A DNA stretch of 63,973 nucleotides, counting the filler, from Hyphochytrium catenoides (lineage: Eukaryota; Protista; Hyphochytriomycota): the NCBI GenBank assembly GCA_900088475.1. It is 14 parts of 14 records of this genome, joined end to end, with 100 filler letters (N's around TTAATTAATTAA, not from the genome) between each part and the next. Parts side by side here need not be neighbours in the genome. Positions count along the whole stretch, not along the records: positions 46,330 to 53,506 come from FLMG01003417.1; positions 53,607 to 55,001 come from FLMG01003823.1; positions 55,102 to 56,724 come from FLMG01004449.1; positions 56,825 to 59,021 come from FLMG01004461.1; 10 more parts are not named here. One strand, given 5' to 3'. Below are positions 48,036 through 59,121 of this stretch, in pieces. Made by a program: the position numbers and the translations under genes. Numbering within the stretch: position 1 is the first letter of the stretch; each line of letters opens with the position of its first letter. The notes beneath the pieces were generated by a model. The model ran no database searches and had not been told where the DNA came from. It saw only the letters and a list, made by a program, of their open reading frames with translations.

Positions 48036-48207
48036 GCTCGCTCTCTCACTCTCTCTCTCTTCTCTTTTACCTTCAATCCTTCCTTAGGATCATAGTTCGT
48101 GAAGGCCACTCTGTCTCCCTTGGGACTGAACTGCACATCTCGTAGCCGAACCTCAGCAGGAAGACCCTTCAAAGGAACAGAAGAGGGAACACCGACTTGG
48201 TCGCTAT
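46492..48207 (-). CDS. S9 family (glutamyl endopeptidase/S9D-like) peptidase, internal beta-propeller exons only
   Basis: Phase-consistent exons 48207-48071, 47837-47541, 47226-47131 and 46611-46492. Translation: LKGLPAEVRLRDVQFSPKGDRVAFT...LWVCD...LNGTLADPLAWIDNQRLLLCTVP...PTVQETSSGKKKPGRTYQDLLKTANDELRFEFYVTSQ...VGKPDLY...PSPDGTMLLIEKIGRPFSFNFPWDRFP...EVW. Confidence 0.82.
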
Positions 48208-48285
48208 CTGGGGACAGAAAGAGAGTAGATGAGCAGCAGAGAGAGGGACAAAAGGAACAGAGAGAGAGAGAGAGAGCCAGAGAGA

Positions 48286-48321
<36 letters not shown>

Positions 48322-48364
48322 AAGGAGAGAGAGAGAGAGAAAAAAGGAAGAGAGAGAGAGAGTG

Positions 48365-48422
<58 letters not shown>

Positions 48423-48499
48423 TGTGTCCAGATGTTAAGACTTGTCCAAGAAGAGACTGATACGAGAGAGAAAGAAGGAAGATTGGACCGACAAGGAAC

Positions 48500-48532
<33 letters not shown>

Positions 48533-48610
48533 AAGAAGAGAAGGAAGGTTATAAAAGGAAAGGGAGCTCGCTCCCAGGAATAGCAGGGGAGTTCACATTC
48601 TGCGACTTAC

Positions 48611-51600
48611 TTGGACGCTTCTCCTGGAAGATTCTTCTGTTCTCTCAGTCGCGTGCGGACCACCTAACGACCCAGAGGGAAACATAGGTCAGAATAAAGA
48701 GAGAGAGAGAGGGAGAGAGAGTTAGGGAGTCAGAAAAAGGAGAGAGAGAGAGTCAGAATAAACAAGGAGAGAGAGAGAGAGTGTCAGAGTAAAAAGAGAG
48801 ACAGAAGATATATATATACGTAGAGAGAACGAACAGAGTAGGAGACAAAAGAGAGAAAGAAGAGGGCTAAACAAGGTCAACGCGAGAGGGACACAAAGAG
48901 CAATGAGAAAAGAGGAGAAAGAGAAGAAAGGAAGGTGTAGACAGCCCCGAATGGGATGATAGACCGCTTGCCACAAACAGTAGGAAAATAGGCGCGCGAG
49001 AGAGAGACACACACATAGGGAGAAAAGGGAGAGCGAGGGAGAAAAGAGAGAGTGAGAGAGAGTGTGTGTGAGAGGGAGAGAGAGAGAGAAATGCACACCG
49101 TGCGCGAGAGAGGGGCAGTCTCTCTAAAAGAAGGGAGACAAGGTATGTCTTACCTCGTGTGGATATGTGGCCACTGAGGCCACAAGCTTGGCAGCTGCAG
49201 CAATGCCGAAGGTCCAGACATGTGAAGGGTCCGACCCTGAGGAAGAGGAAAGAGAGAAGCAATGAGCAACTTGGAACATGAAAAAATGAAGAGACAAAGA
49301 AGAGAGAGACGACAGAGACGACGAGGAAGAGAAAGGGCCCCAGGCCAGAGCCCTGGAAAGGTGGGAACAAGGAGAGAGAGGAGAAAGCCACCACCAATCA
49401 AACCATCCGAGGGACTTCGAGAGAGAAAGAGAGAAAAAACAGGGAAAGGAAGAACAAAGCAAGAAGGAGAAAACTGTTTTCGTACAAGGAAACTCAGAGG
49501 CAGGCAAAAGGTAGGAGGAAGCCAGAAAAGGACAGATAAATACGCATTATCCGTGGTAGTGTATGTTGCAGAGAAGGAGAGAATAAGGGAGAGGTAGAGA
49601 GAGAGAGAGCAGAGAGAGAGAGAGACGTAAAGAGAAAAAAAAAAGAAGGGGAGAGAGAGAGAAAGATAGAGAGAGACAGAGAGAGAGAGAGAAAGGGCGA
49701 AGGGGAGAGAGANNNNNNNNNNNNNNNNNNNNNNNNNNNNNNNNNNNNNNNNNNNNNNNNNNNNNNNNNNNNNNNNNNNNNNNNNNNNNNNNNNTAAAAC
49801 GCCCTCACGCCCTCTTTCCCATAGATCTGACTCGCGCACTCTGCAGATGGAGAAGCACATCATATACAAGTGCGAAGACCCAAGAGAGAGGGAGAGAGAG
49901 AGAGAGAAAGAGAGAGAGAGTGCGTGGATGGGAGAGACAGAGTGAGAGAAATAAACGCAAGAAAGAGGAGAGAGAGAGTGTGTAAGAGAGAAAGAGAGAA
50001 AGAAAGAGAGGTAGAGAGAGAGAGAGAGAGAGAGAACGGAAGGAAAGAGAGAGTAAGTACCGAAGGAAGAGAGAGCGCACGGAAGAGAGGGAAAGAGTGA
50101 GAGAAGAGATCGCCGATCGTCCTTACCTAGCACGGAAGAGGTCCCAGAGCGCGCGGCTGAGGATTGAAGCTGTAGCCGCGTCTTGACGACCCAGATGGGC
50201 GACATCACTGTTGCCGTTACACAGCCTACCCGAGAGAGAGAGAGAGAAAGAAGAGAGAGAGAAAAAGAAGAGAGAGAGAAAAAGAAGAGAGAGAGAAAAA
50301 GAAGAGGGAGAGAAAACAGAGACAGAGAAACTTAGAACGAACAACATTCTAGTTGAAGGAGAGGGAACGAAGAAGAGAGAAGGAGTCAGAGGAGAGAGAA
50401 GGAGGGAGGAGAGAGAGAAAGAGAGAGCAAGCGCCCGATAGCAACACGGATGCTGAGAGACTGGGCAGAGAAGAGAGATAAGAGAGAGAGAGGCGCTGGT
50501 GCTGGGAGAGAGAAGGTAGGAAAAGAGAGAGAGAGAGAAGAGATAGACGAGGACAACAGCGCCTAGTACCTGCTACTGCCCCAGCGATGAAGTTCTGAAG
50601 ACCTCCGCTCGCGCTTTCTCTCTCTTTCCCTAGAAGCTGCTTCATGCGAGAATAAGCGGTAAAATAAACGGCTCGGGAAGGTGCCACGCCCACAATGTTA
50701 GGGATAACGCCTCGAAANNNNNNNNNNNNNNNNNNNNNNNNNNNNNNNNNNNNNNNNNNNGAGAGAGAGAGAGAGAGCGCACGTCAGAAAGGGACATAAG
50801 AGACAAAAGCCAGGACGGGCGAGGAAGGACCCATCGAGAGAGAGAAGGTGCAATTGAAGGAGGATGGTAGAAAGAAAGGCATGAGAGTGAGAAGATAGCA
50901 AACGAGAGAGAGACGAGACACTACAGAGAGCTTAAGTTAGAAGGTACAAAGCAACGATAGAAGGTCGCCGTAGGTTGAAGGTGCTTGTCACCATGTGGTA
51001 GGGGGGAAGAATGAAGAGAGAGAGAGAGAGAGACAGAGAGAGAGACAGAGAGAGACAGAGAGAGAGAGAGAGGTGCCTAGAGACTGAATGCAAACCTGTC
51101 TTTAAAATAGCTGAGAAGGCCGAGGATGTGGAGAGACTTCCTCGTGTGATGGTAGAGAGCATTGCCCTAGACATTGAGAAGAGACGAGTTAAGAAGAGCC
51201 CGACAAAGAGAGACAGTAAGAGAGAGAGAGAGAGAGAGAGAGAGCAGGAGAATGGCAGACCGAAGACCGCAGGGTCAAATGACATGGGTCGGCAAGAGAC
51301 CGGAAAGAGAAAGTAGACGGAGACAAGGCGAATCCCCAAGACAGGTGTGCCAACATAAGCAGAGAGAGAACGAGCGGGAAGAGAGAGAGAGTAAGAGCGA
51401 GATGGACCGAGAGTGAGAATAAGAGAAAGGAAGGATGTCAAAAGAGTGAGAGCCAGAGACAGCGAAAAGACAGGGGCTAGAGAGACCGATGGGAAGAGAC
51501 AAAGGATGCGAGAAGAGAAGGGAGAGAGAGGGAAAGAGAACGAGAGAGGGAGAAAGAGAGAGAAAGAGAGACGGACCTTGAGGATTGCGATTGGAGCTTC

Positions 51601-51698
51601 GTCTTCACGACCTCTAGGGGGCAGGTCACGAGCGCGGCCACGGTGCCTCCAGTGCCACCAGCGATCAGTGACCGCATCTCAGCGCTTCCAGAAGACAT
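48611..51698 (-). CDS. Mitochondrial carrier, SLC25A33/A36 (Rim2)-like pyrimidine nucleotide carrier; final exon(s) absent
   Basis: Exons 51698-51577 (AGGTGGTVAALVTCPLEVVKTKLQS), ~51166-51096, <50717-50570 (FRGVIPNIVGVAPSRAVYF), 50225-50127 (SPIWVVKTRLQL), 49841->49795 (QIYGKEGVRAF), 49236-49154 (AAAKLVASVATYPHE) and 48663-48611 (VVRTRLREQ). Three Px[D/E]xx[K/R]x[K/R]-type signatures, the second with W in place of the acidic residue. Confidence 0.88.
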
Positions 51699-53050
51699 TA
51701 TGGCGCGGAAAGAAGAGAGAGAGAGCAAGCTGGCCAGTCTATGGCAGAGGAGTAAGACAGAAAGAGGGTAAGGTAAGGCAAGAAAAGTCTTCAGCAAGAA
51801 CGCTCTCTCTTCCTCTGCAATCGATAACGGCTTGAGACGAAGGACGAGAGCTGTTTTTGACGAGCGAGGGGAGAGAGAGAGAGAAGAGAGAAAGAGGCAC
51901 TGGTGCTGCGGCTAAGTGCCCTCTTCCAAAGAAGCGCACAGCCTCGCGATTTTGTTGAATGATTGGGGCCATCATATCAGACACACACTCTCTCTCTCTC
52001 TCTCTCTATCGCTCTCTCTATCGCTCTCTCTCTCTCTGTTTCCCTCTCTCTCTCAACCTCTNNNNNNNNNNNNNNNNNNNNNNNNNNNNNNNNNNNNNNN
52101 NNNNNNNNNNNNNNNNATTCTGTCCCTTGCGATGTGGCGATGAAACAGCCGACGAAGAGGTTTGAAAAAGCCAAGCCTTTCGTCAACCAATGGCCACCAC
52201 AATTGATTATCGTAAGTCAGTCATCAAAGTATTAGTTATTTATCTGGTAGATGATTTTTTAGAATAGATGTCTTTGGTATGATTATCAGATGCTCTATTT
52301 TCGATAGTAAGCCGCCTTTGCAATACAACCTGCTGGCTTATGGGGTTATATACCAGTAGATATGCCGCCTGGAAGACGCATCTCTTCATCCATCTCTCAA
52401 GATGCTGCCGTCTGAAGATCGAGGGAGATTCTGATCTTCGTCTCTCTCTCTCTCTTCTCTCTCTTTCTCTCTCTCCCTCTTTCTCCCTGCGTCTCTTTCC
52501 CTCCCTCTTTCTCTCTCTCTCGCGCGCGCGCGCTCTCTCTCTCTCTCTCTCCTTTCTTTCTTTCATTTCTCTGTCTTCAACTTCCCTGCTCTCTCGTTTC
52601 TAGCGATGGTCTGGGCTCTTTCCTGGGCTCTTCCCTGGGCTCTTCTTGTGGCTCTTCTTTGCTAAAAGGGAAGGAGTGAATGTGTGTCCTCATGGTGGCT
52701 CCTCTCTGTCTCTGTCTTCTGCACTCTCTCGTTCTTGGTTCTTGACCCTTCTCTTTTGCTCTTTTTCCTGATCTCCTAACCTTAACCTTACCATCCTTCA
52801 ATACGTTTATCTCTCTTTCCTTTCTTTTCCTTTCCTGTCCTCTCTCTCTCTCTCTCTTCGTCTCCCCTGTCTGTCTCTTTCCTCTCCCCTTTCACTTTCC
52901 TTTGTGAGTCTCTCTTCTCCTTTCTGAGCTTTCTCAGTATCCGGAGATCAAGGGGAGGAGTCAGGAAGCCTTGGTGTCCTAAAAGAGAGAGTTCACAACC
53001 TTTTCCTCTATCCCAATACATAGCTCCCTCTTCCAATTTCTTGCTAGTAT

Positions 53051-53107
<57 letters not shown>

Positions 53108-53606
53108 ATGAGCTCTAGGCGAGTGTCGGCGGCGTCAGGTCGGTGGCAGAAGACGTGACCTCTCTCTCCGCTCTTTCTTCTTGCGTGGGAATTCATGCTC
53201 TCTTACTCCTCTCCTACTGATGCCTCTTTCTCTCACTTTCCTGCCATATTCCTATGTCTTCCTCTGTTTGTTTGCTTTCCCTCTGTCTCTCCCTCTCTTT
53301 CTTTCTTTCTCATCTCATCTCAAGCACTTATCTTCTGAGTTCCCTCCGTAGGGCGAAAGCATGAGGAACTGGGAAGAGAGCAAACGACTATTTTCTCTCG
53401 GCTCACGTCTCAGGTTGACAAGCGCTCCTTGTTTCTTTCCTCTGTCCTGGACTCTGCCAACGCTCATGGTCTATTGCTTTTCAGCCGCTCATCTCTCACG
53501 CACTCTNNNNNNNNNNNNNNNNNNNNNNNNNNNNNNNNNNNNNNNNNNNNTTAATTAATTAANNNNNNNNNNNNNNNNNNNNNNNNNNNNNNNNNNNNNN
53601 NNNNNN

Positions 53607-54385
53607 ACGTGGAATCACGGACCCTTACGGACTGGTACGTCGTCTCCGCAACCTCTATCCGCAAGAGTCTTAGCTTGGTACCGATGACCTGCATCGCCTC
53701 TTCTGAAGAAGTTCTCTGCTCCTCTCGTACGGTTTTTCGTTTCTCACACTGGGTGCAATCCTCTCAGGGGTGGGAACCGTGATATCCTGCTTGCCGATTT
53801 AGGGGGGTGTAAGGCTGACTGTGCGTGCTTCCCGCTTATGTTAGGTCGAGAGAAAACAGCGAGAACCTACCTCCTCAGCTAACAAAGAGAACAGGGAAGA
53901 TCAAGGGAATTACCTTCAACCCAGCGCGGCCATCGTGTCTGGTTCTCTATTCTCACTCATACTTTGCAGCCATTGACCTTGATAAGGTTAGAACAGTTCA
54001 CCTCCTCACCATAGCTAGACCTTCCTATTATGCTCATTCTCCTCTAAACGCTCTGACTTTGCCGCCGATACTAATCGTTCCTCTATATCTATAGCCATTT
54101 GACCAGGTCGCCGTCCCTGAAGAAGTGTCGGAAGTGTTAGAAAGTGCTAAAAAGAAGCCCAAGCTGTCGGCTACTGCGGAAGAGTCGACCAGTCAAGGAG
54201 GCGATAAAGGCGAGAAGGCACAAGGGAAACCATCGGCTCGCAACCTGCACATAGTTGAAAAGTACAGGCCGATTTTTCACTTAGACTTCCTCCACAGAAA
54301 CGAGATAGTGGTCATTGAGATGCCCTGGCTCAAGGTCATCTCTAGCTTGCCAGAGACCTTGTACCGACATCGCTATGGGACGTAA
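53607..54385 (+). CDS. UTP4: U3 snoRNP-associated protein 4 (UTP4/cirhin) C-terminal exons
   Basis: Exons <53607-53634, 53845-53986 and 54095-54385 are in frame. Translation: LTDWSRENSENLP...GITFNP...LVLYSHSYFAAIDL...KYRPIFHLDFL..NEIVVIEMPWLKVISSLPETLYRHRYGT*. Confidence 0.82.
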
Positions 54386-55289
54386 CGAGATTTATAATAA
54401 GAAAGGGAGACCAATCTGGCAAAAGACACTTCACAGAGCTTCTCCAACTTCTTATCCAGAAAAGGCTATCTTAATGTTACTTCCGGCTGTCCATCCTTGA
54501 GTTCCTCTTGAGCCATGCTATCAGCTCGATGTCCCAGTCTCGCATTTGACAGAATCTTTGTCATTCAAAAGCAAGATCCATCTCTTTCTCCTTTTCCTTT
54601 CACCGTCGCTCCCTTTACCCTCTTGTCTGTGCTGCTCTAGGAGTAGTCCATGTCTTTGTACGTCTTTTCAATCTAAGGGTCGCATCTTATTGTCGGCCTC
54701 CCTTTTCTCTTCGGCTTTCTCATTCTTCATTGTCTTCCGTTCTCTGCAATTTGTGGACACCCATGTTTGGTAAGAAAAGTGTTCTTCGCGGAGACAAGTG
54801 TTGGCAGACAGTCCCTTGACGACGAGCACATTCCCTACACAAAGGACGTTCAGGAGATAGTGAGCTATAAATGCCATCATCTGTTTGAAGCCGAGTACGG
54901 TTACTTACCGGCTCACAAAGATGTGCTTCAATGCGCCAGCGAGTAACTAAACGAGGGGAATTTGTTACTAAAGAACAGTAAACCCTCCAGCGCATCATCC
55001 CNNNNNNNNNNNNNNNNNNNNNNNNNNNNNNNNNNNNNNNNNNNNTTAATTAATTAANNNNNNNNNNNNNNNNNNNNNNNNNNNNNNNNNNNNNNNNNNN
55101 NAAGCCGAGATATGAAGTGAAGGAAATGTCCCTGTTTATATCTATGGCTTATGGTCAGTACCCCAGGATACCTCCACGACTGACTATTCTAGACAGGGAT
55201 ATATATCTCTATAACTCCATATCTTAGACTATATTAGGAATAGTTGGCATAGTCAGAATAGCTCTAGTTCATGGGACCCCAGTTGGCCT

Positions 55290-56383
55290 TATAAGTCGAG
55301 CACTCTCATCTAATGGCCTTGTCCAATCATCCCATATAATCCAACATGCTCCTCTTCACGACCAAAGTCAAAGACTTTAGATGTCAAGCACTGTGTCCTG
55401 CAAGAGAAGGTCGCCAATGGGAAAATTACGCTGGTCTATACTCCCTCTACAGCTATGGTAGCCGATTGCCTCACCAAGCCATTACCTGCTCCTCTCTTTC
55501 GGACACTGCGTCCTCACCTTGGAGTGCTCCCTCCTAGTGTCAGTACTCTTGCCTCTACCCACCTAGCTTCGTCTGAGGGGGCGAGAGTGAGTGAGAACGA
55601 CAATTAGGTGGGTTAATTCGACCCTCACACTGATGATCCAGAGAAGCTAGGTATGAGGGGGAGTGTTGAGTGCTACAATGTTCGTTGTCAGTAGTACAGT
55701 AGTCACTCTCTATACACACCTAGCTCTCAGGGACATAGACGTTACGGGTACGCCTGTGTTATGGGAAAGAGGGATGTGAGAAGAATTTCCAGAAGAACAC
55801 AGGAGCAGCACAGGAGAGAGAGCTGATGAGGGAAGCTGGGCCGAGCAAAAGATCTCGAGTCCAGACCAGGCTCTCAGGACTGAGTGATCATTTTCGGAGA
55901 AATCTCCATCACACATCAATACCAAGTCCCTTTGTTATCGGTTGATCTAGATTGTGCTCATACAGAAGCTTCAGGCATTGCCACCCAGCTCTGTAAAGTT
56001 CAACAAAGTCTACTTTCCGGGGAGGACAAGGCGGAGGCCGACGGACACTCAGGAAGTCTGGACCTGCGGGGAGGTGTTGAGAGCAGAAGCTGACAAAAGC
56101 TCTAAAAGGCTCACAGTTCCAGACTCTATCTGACGAGAGGAAGAAGGCACAAAACAAAGTGTTTCAGAGTTATGATTACTAGGTTATTCTCATTAGGTAA
56201 GTCATCATGTGACGTCAAGAAGTAGTAACTGAGTCTGGTAGTTTATACGAGACACAGTTACTATGCAGAAGAAGTAGACAATGTGATAACTAGGAAATAG
56301 GGTCCCATAAGCCCTCACTCTGAGCATACCAGTAGACCACGTAACCTAAATAAGAGTGTCTTCACATCCCATACATTATAACA
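55290..56383 (+). mobile_element. 3' end of a Ty1/copia element: RNase H tail, PPT and ~720-bp LTR
   Basis: PKSKTLDVKHCVLQEKVANGKITLVYTPSTAMVADCLTKPL (~55361-55480), PPT ATGAGGGGGAG (55653-55663), LTR TGTT...AACA 55664-56383. Confidence 0.85.
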
Positions 56384-56512
56384 GAGTGCCGCCCGCCATC
56401 TGTGAATTATCGCGTGTTGAACTGTGATCGACGCTGAAACCAAAGACTGTACAGCGGAGGGCGCAGAGGGTAAAGACCCTGGTATATAAACAAAAATGGA
56501 GATTAGTCAAAG

Positions 56513-56597
56513 TGTACGTTTGGTGTATGGTGCATACTGGTTAGGGTGTCGGCATCAAATACAGAGGTCCTGGGTTCGAATCCCCCCGGAGCGTACA
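56513..56597 (+). ncRNA. tRNA-like / tRNA-derived (SINE-head-like) Pol III element; not a canonical tRNA
   Basis: Perfect B box GGTTCGAATCC and A-box-like TGGTGCATACTGG. Terminal stem TGTACG/CGTACA, TATATAAA at 56483-56490 and TTTT at 56602-56605. The anticodon arm is imperfect. Confidence 0.55.
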
Positions 56598-56824
56598 AAA
56601 CTTTTCTCCGGTATATCCAGACATCCCCCAATATTAATCAATACAGCAGGCAAGCCTAAGGGCTCGCCATTTTAGATAGGGGTAATCCAGCCTTGACCGG
56701 CAGGATTATGGTACGAGTACACCGNNNNNNNNNNNNNNNNNNNNNNNNNNNNNNNNNNNNNNNNNNNNTTAATTAATTAANNNNNNNNNNNNNNNNNNNN
56801 NNNNNNNNNNNNNNNNNNNNNNNN

Positions 56825-57842
56825 TATAATAACCAAAACGATTCCCTCTTCTCCCGTCCCGACTCTTGCTCTGCTCCCTCCCCTGAGTTCGGAGGAAATG
56901 GCCCACTCGCGCTTCAAATGCACGCTGCGAGGTGAAGAGAAAGAGATCATAACGAGAGAGAGAGTAAAGAATAAGAAAACGTAAAATGAGAGAGAGAGAG
57001 AGAGAGCAAAGAGTAAGAGATAGTAACGAGAAAGAGAGTAAAGAATAAGAGAACGTGGAGAGAGAGAGAGAGAGAGAGCAAAGAGAAAGAGAGAGTAAAG
57101 CGAAAGAGAGTGAGTGAGGAAAGAGAGAAATGAGAGGTGAAGGGAGGAAACGAAACAAAAGAGGCAAAGAACGAGAAGAGAGAGGGAGAGAGAGAGAGAG
57201 AGAGAGGAGAGAGAGTAAGAATACTCGAGAGAAAAGGAGAGAGATGAAAAAGAAGGAGGGGAGAAAAAGAGAGCGAGGACTTCTCTTCTTCTCTCCCTCT
57301 TACCCTCTTCTGGAGCTTGTACTTGATGAGTCTCTTCTCTTTCATTCTTCTCTCGTGCATGGCCTTTCTCCGAAGAATCTCTCTATGTCGAATTGCGGGA
57401 GAGTCCACTTCTCTCTGCTCTTTCACTAGCTTGTCATAGCGGTCAAGGATCTGTTTTCGTTTGTCTAGGGCTGAGGCGGGAGAAGAGACGTCTGGAGAGA
57501 GAGAAGAGTCTCCTGTCTCTTGTTCCCTCTCTTCGTCTCTATCCTCTGACTCGACCGACCTCTCTGTCTCTTCTATGCTGTCCCAACGTTCTGCTCCATT
57601 GTCTAGTGTGAGAGAAGGAAGGAGAGTTAAATATGAAGCCAAGAGAGAGAGAGAGAGAAGAGAGAGAAAGAGAGAGACAGAGAGAAAATTGGAGGATAGA
57701 GAGACTCCGCTGCACCAGCAAGGGAACAATAGAGCAAATTTCCTAAGCCATTTAACGGTAAAACATCAGGGGAGAAGGAGAAGAGAAAGAGAGTCCTTGG
57801 CTAGCACAAGAAGACAAGAGCAGATATGTGTGAGGGAGAGAC

Positions 57843-57905
<63 letters not shown>

Positions 57906-58627
57906 GAGAGAGAGAAGGCAGGGGTGGGGAAGAGAGAAAGCCAAGGTCACCTATTCCCTTATTCTTCGTCTGAAAATAGAGATTCTCGACATTGCTAAGA
58001 ATGCTATTGATGCGGTTCAAGTTTCTCCCTGAAGTTTGCTTGACGTCCTCAAAGCTGACTCTGTTCGAGAGAGAAAAGAGAAAGGAGAGAAAGAGACTGT
58101 AAGAAAGTTGCCCATCTTCCCATGTTTCTCTTCTTCTCTTGTCTCTGTCCCTCTCTCTGGGATTTGATGCCCTCTCCCTGAACCTCTCCTGGTCACTTTC
58201 TCCAGGCAATAATAGCAACTATTTAAGCACCGCCTCTTTCTCTTCCTCTTCTCTTGCTCTTGGTTCTCTCTTGGTTCCTTTCCATTTCTCTGCTTTTTGT
58301 TATCTACACCAAGGTCCCTCTCTCTCTCTCTCTTTCCCTCTCCTTCTCCTCTCTCCTCCCCTCTCTCTCTTTTGAAAGAGTGTGAAGAATTCCCGCTACT
58401 TTCTTAGACACTCTTCTTCCTCTTCCCCCTCTTTTTCTATGTTCCTCTATCCTTTCTCTCTTTCCCTTTTCTTTATCTCTCCTTTGATATGTTATCTCTC
58501 TCTGTCTCTCTCTCTTCTCGTCATCGCTATTTCTCACCTGGATTGGCTGAGAATGTCTATGGATGACTGTTTCCTTCTAAATTCTATCGCCCGAGAATCT
58601 AACTGTTTCTTCTCCGTCTCTCCCTCG
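56825..58627 (-). CDS. Hypothetical charged/coiled-coil protein, internal exons
   Basis: Four phase-compatible GT-AG exons (~58627-58538, ~58060-57951, ~57602-57304, ~56924-56825). Translation: ETEKKQLDSRAIEFRRK...RVSFEDVKQ...KRKQILDRYDKLVKEQRE...KYKLQKRRAFEARVGHF. No recognisable domain. Confidence 0.55.
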
Positions 58628-59121
58628 CTGAAGAGAGAGAGAGAGAGCGAGAACAAGAGAGAGAGACCAGGAGAGAAGGGTGGGGACAAATATTAGACAG
58701 GATTTGCCAAGCCGAAGCTGAGAGCATGAGAAGAAGAAGAGAAATGAACAAAGGAAAAGAAAGGAGGGGACTGAAAAGAATAAGAAGAGCGCGGATGAGA
58801 AGAGAAGCGAAAGAAGAAGAAAGAGAAAGAAGGGGGATAAGAGAAAGACAGAGACCAGAGAAAGAGACAACGAAAGTACGGAACGGTAAAGACAGAGGGA
58901 AACAGAGAAAGACAGTATATGTGGAAATAGTAGGCTGACAAGGTGACAAGACTCTTTAATATGGGCTTCCAAGACGGGAACGGCCGGTGACGAGAGGAGG
59001 GAACGGGGGAGAGAGAGAGAGNNNNNNNNNNNNNNNNNNNNNNNNNNNNNNNNNNNNNNNNNNNNTTAATTAATTAANNNNNNNNNNNNNNNNNNNNNNN
59101 NNNNNNNNNNNNNNNNNNNNN

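Noticed and set aside
48071-48663. In-frame carrier-peptidase fusion protein
   Set aside because: Donor phase 2 versus acceptor phase 1, and no credible bridging micro-exon.
56513-56597. Functional tRNA-Met or tRNA-Sec
   Set aside because: The anticodon loop lacks U33 and stem pairing is poor. There is no long variable arm, as tRNA-Sec requires, despite CATCAAA and the TATA box.
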